DNA from: Podarcis erhardii
Taxonomy: Eukaryota
NCBI GenBank assembly: GCA_964252035.1
Contig: OZ176207.1
Length of the DNA: 64,000 nt
Direction: 5' to 3' (one strand)
Part shown: piece by piece, positions 12,901 through 21,900 of the stretch
Position numbering within the stretch: the stretch's first letter is position 1
Layout: the number at the start of each line of letters is the position of its first letter
The notes under the pieces: model-generated
Database searches by the model: none
The model's input: only the letters and a program-made list of their open reading frames with translations
What the model was told of the DNA's origin: nothing
Made by a program: the position numbers and the translations under genes

Positions 12901-15900
12901 AAAGGTAAGCATATCTGATTTGCATCAGTATATCTTATCCTGCTTTTTTCTGCTCTTTTCACTTCTTCCTCATCTTTTAGTGCTGCTGTTTTACTTTGAA
13001 GGACAATTTTCATGACTCTGTGATCAGAATCTGAATGTGTATTCCCATATGCTACAATTATCCTAGAAGTCAGGAAGTCTTATTAACTGTTAAAATATTT
13101 GTAATTCTAGCAGAGAGATAGACACAGAGGGACTGAAAAATAAAGTGATGCAACACATAGGGTGGCATCCAACTTAATCAGAGGAGACCCATTGAAATCA
13201 ATGGATTTAGGTGCCTTGAGTATGACTTGGCTGAATACTGCTCATGATTGCTATTGTTGTTTGCTTAGTTATCTCTCCCGTTCTTCTAGGTCCCAATAGC
13301 AAAGGCAAGACATTTACGAGATACTTTTCTTAGACGGACTAAACGGAGATGGGGTCCTGTCCCAACTATTTTAATGGAAAACTCACTTGGACCTTATCCA
13401 ATGCAGATTCAACAGGTATGTTTTAAATTCACCTCTTCATTTTTACTTTTCAAATTATCAGTCAAGGATTTTTGAGCAGCTTGGCATATGTTATAAGTGA
13501 TCAGTAACAGAACTTCAATCAATAGGAACTATGATTGAAGCCTTCAGATACACAGCATACTCTCTGCCCCCCAATTCTTGCTAGGCAGCCAAGAACTTTA
13601 CTGTTAAACACATCGTTTGTGTCTATAAATGTCTACCCCATCTGGTAAACTCATCTGTCTGGGGGAATTGTTTGTTGCATCACTGCTGCTGATATATACA
13701 TTGCTGCAGAAATCTGGGATTAGGGAAACCAGTTTGTCTCTGCCTACATCTTTTGAAGAAGCTTGTAATTGCAATGTAAATATCTAAAGTCAGCTATTTA
13801 ACACCAGAGATGGAAATCCATTTAAATGCTTCAGCTTTTGCCTGGAAGTACCAAGGAAACAACAGCTTGAGTCTGATGGGAGTTCAATATAAGGCTTTTA
13901 CATTTGTAAGCAACTAGCTATGTGGAACAGCCTAATCATATGAATTCTCCCTACTCTCACCAGGAACATGGTAAGCAAGTCACAAGCATTTTAGACTTTA
14001 CATGGAGCTACTATCACATGAAACATTTATTTCCTGTGTCCATAATATTTGAATTGATGTGTAAATATTTTGTTTTTGCATCTTGGGATTGCTAACGGAT
14101 TCTGAATAAATAGACAAGAAAACAAGATTTTGTTAATTATTATTTCTGTTTCAAATTGGTTTGCATTTACACAGCTGCTTTCCGACACATCACTAACATA
14201 CGATATCAGATACTCCATAAGTGGCCATGGTGTTGACAAACCACCATATAATTATTTCTACATAGAGGAGGACACTGGAAATCTATTTGTTACCTGTCCA
14301 ATCGATCGGGAAGAGTACCCAGAATTTCAGGTATGGGTTTCAGACTTCTGTTTACATATTTACTGATAAGTAACAATTGGACAGATCCATGGTATTTCTT
14401 TTACTAAAAGTTTCTCTGAACAGGGCTGCCTTCAGATGTTTTCTAAAAGTTGTGCAATTCTTTATCTCCCTGACATCTGATGGGAGGACATTCCACAGGG
14501 AGGGCCCCCACTGCTAAGAAGGTCCTCTGCAGTATAGTCTCCTCAAGGTAAAGAATTAAAAATGAATGAACAGATGCAACAATTATCTGTTGCAGCTGTC
14601 TGTATGTTACTTTTTTGACAGGTAACTGCATGATTGAGGGAAACACGCGGGGAAATGAGTTTTCAAACACTGTATCCACTACAGAGAAGCTGTTTTTGGT
14701 AGCCTCACAATGTTTACATTAGTCCTCAGTTCTTCAGTAGAAGGTGAGAGGGATTTGGTTGGTGAGCAACATGTAGAATCATCAACAGGCCATGCACAGC
14801 ATCAACTTGCCAATCAGAGCCAGATGTTCCTGTACATGTAAATAGGTGGGGGGAGAAGACTGATTTACTGGCTGCTAGCAGTACCAAGGCACTCAAGGAA
14901 ACCTGAGAAGGCATTTGTGGGTTTTCTTACAGATGAAAGATAGCAACCAGCCTGCGCTCACCCCAGCCTATTATCTTCCTTTACTTCACAGCTTTCTGAT
15001 AACACTTGCCCAATCATACTAGTGAAACAGTTCAGGAAAAGGTGAGGAGGCAAGCAGACACAAAGAACATGATGCTTGAACCAGGCATTTGACTGACTAG
15101 ATGTCTTTCCTCCTAAACTGTTGTTCTGGGCTGCTGTGTTGATATTTTGTCATTGGCTGTATTGTGGTTTTATTTTATGATTTCAATGAAAATTGTACTT
15201 CCTATAACCATTCAGTAAAGAGGAGACTACAATAATAAATATATAAATACTAACACTCAAGGTGCAGCGCCAATTGATGGGGATATATATGAAAACTTGT
15301 CCACAAAGATGGATTATAGTTGAACCAGCAAAAAGGTACTTGCCCCACCTTCCCTTCACTGTTCCCCTGTGGTCTTTCCTATCTTTCCCATATCTCCTTC
15401 TTCCTTCATCTCTCCTTTCCATGGCCCAAATGGCTGTGCCTAGTCCCTTATTTGTTTCCTTGCCTCAGACCCCTGTTCCAACACACAATTGCCTTGCACA
15501 AGTCCTTCTTTCCCAGGCCATTCAATGGACTACTTTATTTGACCATTGCTTCCTCTGTACTTTACTTTGTATGACGCACAACTCCTTTGTACCTCCTTCC
15601 CATGGCTCTTGGACTCTGTCCATTTCCTCTTATGCCACTTTACCTCATGTCCCTGCCTCCTTTCTCGCTTCTTCTTAGTCCAACTCAACTGTAGCCTATC
15701 CTTATGTCTGTTTTTAAATGCATATTCTCTGGGAGATCATGGGGACAGAATGTCCCATGCTTTTCTGGATGTACAGTTGGACTGCTCACCACAATGGCCA
15801 CACACAGCATATAACAGCCTGTTCACCTTGGCAGATTCCTGTTTAGAAACTTGGACTGAAGTAATTGTGTCCTGATTTGTTAAAAATATTTTTTTTCTGC

Positions 15901-18900
15901 TTCAGATCAACTAGCAAATAAAAGTTTGTTTGTTTGTTTGCTCTCTTTTATACAGTTGATTTGCTATGCAATGACAACAGATGGATATACACCAGAGATA
16001 CCGCTTGTGCATATAATTAGAATAGAAGATGATAATGATAATGCCCCAGTGTTTGAGCAGGACGTTTATACTTTTCTTGTCTTTGAAAACTGTGGAATTG
16101 GTAATTTTAAAAAACTTTTCTTTTTTAAATAAATCATGTTTAGTTTAGACAGCAATATTTTAAAGTACTAATTAAAAACTGAGGTGCTGTGAATTGTTAT
16201 GTAAGCTCCATATCATTTTTATTTGCTATAATTCTGAGCTTATATCTGAGTTCAGACAAATATTAATCTACATATAGCCCTATACAAGGATTCTGATTCT
16301 GGTTAGAGTAATCATGTAACAGCCCCCATCCTCAGTCACACGGGGATGAGAGGCCTACCTCCATCTTCATAGCCATCATTTTTGTTACTCTACATAGGAG
16401 CCAACTCCTAGGGGCTGGGGTGTGTGTCTTTGCTCCCCCAGTAAAATATTTGAGGGGGTCAGGGGCCCCTAAGGGTTATGGGTATTGCCATCCAAATGGC
16501 TTCCATGCAACGTATCATGTGAAACGATTATGCAGGGCATAATTCATTCAAGTTGGCACCCCCTGTTGCTCTCCATGAGTTAGAGGGCAACTGTGTGAAA
16601 TGGGGAGCCTTCTATACTTGTGGAGCCTCCCCATGCATTTTAAAATACTGATTTTCCAGGTGTCTACAAGCCCTACAAATACAGTAGGTTCCCTGCTTCC
16701 CACAATTGCTCTCTAACTGATGAGAATGATGATGAGTAAGCATGACACTGGTAAAGTCATCTCCAGAGTGTACCTGTCCCCCAAATGAGTTGTTGCTATA
16801 ACCAGCAGGAGAACTTCGGTTTCTCATCAAAGAAAGGGTGGTGAACTACTGTTCAACAATGCAGTCCTAAAATAACGAACTTCACTATTTATGCAGTAGG
16901 AAGTCCCCAACAGCGGGGGAAACCAATCTGTTTCAAATAAGAATATAGAAAGATGCATAGACAGATATATCTGTTTCGTTGATCAAATGTTAAGAACGGT
17001 TATATTTCTCTACAGATGTTTTAAAATAGGTATACTTAGGTATACAAAAGTGATTTTTTAAAAAAGAATTCTGACATATATGCCTGGATTTACATGTTTA
17101 GATTAAGTGAAAAATCACCACATCTAAATAATTATTTTAAAACTATTTTATGAAGGAAAGCTGGAAATTTAAAGATGATGTATTGTACATGCAGGGACGC
17201 TAGTTGGACAAGTGACTGCAACAGACAATGATGAGCCATACACCCTACATACTGAAGTGAAATACAGAATTGTATCCCAGGATCTTCAAAGTTATCAGAA
17301 TTTAAGGGTATTTGCTATAAATCCAGATTCAGGCTCTATTACGGTGGTAACATCACATCTGGACAGAGAGGTAAATTTCCTGTGCACCTAGCCTTCATTC
17401 ACATGCCAAAACTCTATCAAGAAGGGCAACTTGGAGCTTTTTAGAGGGAAGGTAGATTTTAAGTGAAATAAATTGGTACATCGCCATGCAATTGTTGTTT
17501 AGGATCAGAATGTGAAGTCATTCTTGCTCCCTCTTTAAAAAAATACGGAGATGTGTTTGATGTTGCAAACAGATCATTTAAAGCATATATTGCTCAAATG
17601 CTATTTTGTAGGCTCAAACAATGCCAAGCTGTTTTTTTTCAATGCAGCATCCATCATCTTGGCTAATATTATACAAATGTGTAACTATCTGAAGAACTGC
17701 GCAGTCCCATGGTCTCTGGTTTTCCTTTTCATAAAATCTTGTGATTTCAATCAGAACAGGGAAATTATGTTTATATATTCTTTTTAATGCAGACAACACC
17801 AGAGTATAAGCTACAAATTGAAGCAAGAGATATGGGAGGCCAGGAATTTGGTCTGTGCACTACAGCACAAGTTATAATTACAGTTGGAGATGTAAATGAC
17901 AATGCTCCACAATTAGAACAAAATGTGGTAAGTTTGTTATTGTTAAAATTCAACAGAGCTTTAAAAAACGTGGGGACCTCCTGAGAAGCCAGCATTTCCT
18001 ATGGTGTAAATGTAATCATAATAAATGTTAAATTGAGGAAAAATATAATTATTTGCATTTTAGCTATAGAGAATTCTATCAGGATGAAACATGTATTTAC
18101 AGAATCATTGTCAAGACTATTCTATTTCTCTGAATCCTTCAAAATTACAGCTTTGTTATAGTGCAATCCTACAGATATCTGCCCAGAAGCATGGCCTATT
18201 AAATTCAGTTGGGCTTACTCACTGGTACATGAATATAGGATTGCAGCCCAAGTCCCAAAGTAGCAAAAGTATGTGTCTATCAGATTCTACTCTGTTAGAT
18301 GCATGAAGGGTTAACCTCAGTTTGCAGCTATATAGACATGTGGGTAAAAAAGAAGAGGTGGGAGTGGAATGCTATTACCATGTCTGGCCAGGAGGCCACT
18401 AAAACAAGAGATACATGTGTCCTATTACTATGGTAACTAAAATACAAATGCAAACAAGGCATAGATGCAAACAAATTCCCATCCTAGGGGTAAAGTATCA
18501 ACTCAAGAGTTGATGTGGTCTAATCTCCAAAGATAATGAACAGGAAAAGCAAAATGAATAATACTGTATATGTAAACACCAAGGGACAATCACATCCTGT
18601 AGTGAGCTAGCCATTCCCATTTGCGGCTCATTTCAGGTCTGGTAGTGTCAGATCTGCACAAGGCTTGAAACTCTGCAGCTTCACCACTGGAGTTAAAATA
18701 TTTTATTGTTGCCTTTGGAAAATCATTTCACTGTTCTAGAAGTGTTTATTAATTGCTTATTTGAAAACGTCATTTCAGTATGAAGTGAAAATATATGAAA
18801 ACGAAGAAAATATAGAAATATTGTGCATTCCTGTAAGAGATAATGATGAACCTGGGACTCCTTCATGGTTGGCTGTATTCACAATTATAAAAGGAAATGA

Positions 18901-21900
18901 AGATAATGTTTTTTCTATGAATATTGATCAAGAGAGGAATGTCGGGTGTTTACTTGCTTTAAAGGTAAATGCAGATGGGGAAAAATTACCTATGGTACAA
19001 AGGTATATTACTAATGGGAATCATCTAGAGTTTTTTTTGGAAATTATTTGATGGTATGCAACATAATTTTAAGCCCTGAAAGGCTGTTCTTGAAATGTTA
19101 TATTTGTAACTATTTTCCAAGGGTTCCCAAGCTTGAAATCCTCTAAAGGAAATTTATCCATGGTTTATGCAATTTGGGGGAAATAAGCAAGTATGAGGAA
19201 AAGGAAGGGCGGCAAGAAACTTAATGAAATTGCAAAATACCAATTGATAACTATTGTGTGGAATCCAAAAGGTGCCATTCCACTAATGGAAGGAATCCAC
19301 TATACCAACAGGGAGGCAATTTTTGAAGACTCCCTATGCAGCCCACATCCCTTTAATCTACTCTACAGGGTCCCTGGCCAGAGAAATCACCCCAAAAAAT
19401 TGTCCTCTCCCTGTTCTGCTTATGCATGTCTTCTGTCAGCAGAGTGACACCCATTGGATTCCACTCATTATTTTTACCATATTTGTTCAAAGTTTATAAC
19501 TGCAACCCAGTAATAAATATTGTGTTAGTTTTAACAGAAATGTGTTTGTTTCCAGGGACTGGACCATGAAACTTCCAAGGAGAGAAGATTAGAAATTGTT
19601 GTAAATAATGAAGCACCTTATATCCTAGCACCAAATTCAAGAGCCCCATCAAGAAACCCCACCACAATTGTCATTGAAGTTATGGATGTGGATGAGGGGC
19701 CAACATTTGCCACTGAATATATTATAACTTTAAGGGAATCTTTCCCAAAAGGAACAGTGGTTGGAATCTATCAAGCATATGACCCAGAAACTGGAGATAG
19801 CACAGGCATAAGGTACACTTTTAATTATAACACAGTAATTTGGTTTATAGATTGTGGTTAAAAACAGGGAACAATTATAACTGGTTTATATTATCACATT
19901 GTACTAATGGTATACAACCCTCCTAAAATGTTCTCAATAGTTACGGAATAATAAATGACCCATGCAACTGGATCACCATTGATGAAACAGGACAGCTGAT
20001 AACCACTACAATTTTAGACAGAGATATATTAAATGAGGAATACAGTCAATGCATTGTAACAGTCTCTGCAACTGACCAAAGTGAGTAACAAATGCTTGTA
20101 AACTGCTGATTATGCTATCTACATATTTGCAGTAGTATTTTGTATCTTACTTTTTAACCACAATTTAAGATACAAAGTATTTTGTATCTTACTTTTAAAC
20201 CACAAACTCCATCTTCTGTTGCTGAACTGAATTCCTAGTTTGTTGCCCTGTTGCCACAGAAATAAGTCTAAAAGCTAGCTTTAATCCATGAGAGAGAGAG
20301 AGAGAAATTCTTATAATTTTCTATATTTGGGGCAGAACTTTTTTTCCACTACTACATATTTCCACAGATTAGCTGAAGCCTGCTACTGTGTCAGTGTGTG
20401 ACTATTTACAGCATTAAATCATGAAAAACTTCCATTTTCCAGGTGGTAAAACAGGTCAAGGGAAAATTGTGATAAACATCATGGATGAGAATGACAATTT
20501 CCCAGTGATTATGACAAAGAATTACACCATGTGTAAGGACAAAACACCAATTTGTATTACGGCCTTTGATGCCGATCTACCTCCTTACACTGGACCTTTC
20601 CATTTTGAAATAGAGAATCGAATGGGCTTAACATGGAGGTTAACACCGAATGATGGTATGTACATGGTTTTCCCTGTCCCACTTCTGTAATAACAACTGT
20701 AGCTAACAGAACAAATAATGTAAAAATGTTCATCATTGCACAATTTGTTTTACAGATGAATCAGCATTGCTTTCACCCGTGGAAGATATTGACTATGGCT
20801 ATTATATAATACCTGTTAGGATATATGATAATGAAGGTAACAGTGGAATAAGTGAAATAACAGTTCACTACTGTGACTGTGACATTCCAAGTAATTGTTC
20901 TGAACGCAGCACAGTCGCTGCTCTGGAGAATGGGGCAATCCCTGTAGATCGCGTTCCATATCAAGCAGAATCTGCTTTTGGTCCCTGGGGCATTGCTGCA
21001 ACAGTCCTTGGATCAGTATTATCACTGTGTAAGTATATCGCTCTCTTATAGATGATATACAAAATGAGCCATTAACTCCAGTCTGTTGCAAAACTGCTTC
21101 TCCCTTGACTCTTCCTTGGAGTTCTAAATGTTCAGTTAAGGTGGCTTAGTCCCATGTTTGTGTATATAGGTATGTTAAATGGAAAATGCACATAGCAATT
21201 GGCTACTGTGCACATTCACCAGGTGTCCTGGAAAATGTGCACATGTCCATAAAGATGGACTTCTGCACATTTCCCGGTCAATTTGTACAATCCACAACAA
21301 GCTTTGGGCATTGTGCATGTATCAGCTACATTAGGTATGTTCTCTGGCCAATATGCATTATCTCCAACAGGCTTTGCAAAACGTGCATATCTCAACTGCA
21401 TTCTGTACATACATGCTGACTGTTTGCTGTTTGGGAGAACTAGGCCTCTTTTCCAGAGCTATCAAATCTTCCAAAGGAAGAAAAGGGGGGGGGGGAATGC
21501 CCTGAATTGAAAAATCATGCGTAGCATTTTATTATTAGAGGTACTCATTAGATTTGTACACCACCCTTCATCCGTAGATCTCAGGGTAGTTCAGAGCATA
21601 AAAATACAAGCTAAAGACACAAATAAACATAATAAGAACAAGAAGAAGCCAAACCAAACCAATAACCTCCTTCTGCTCCCCCCAAAACATTTAAAACGCT
21701 ATAGGATGTTAATCAGCCAAAGGCTTAGTTGAAGAGGAACATTTTAACCTGGTGCCCAACGGTGTATGATGAAGGTATCAGCTGAACATCCCTGGAGAGA
21801 GCATTTCACAAATGGGGAGCCACCCTTTACTTTATTGTATTTACTTCTCCAGCCCCCCACTTCCTGAGGTACATGCCAGCCTCCGATGCTATTTGCTTTA

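Noticed and set aside
15183-15875. Cluster of 80-140 aa ORFs in gene A intron 5
   Set aside because: Pyrimidine-rich low-complexity intron; no recognisable domain or splice-compatible frame.
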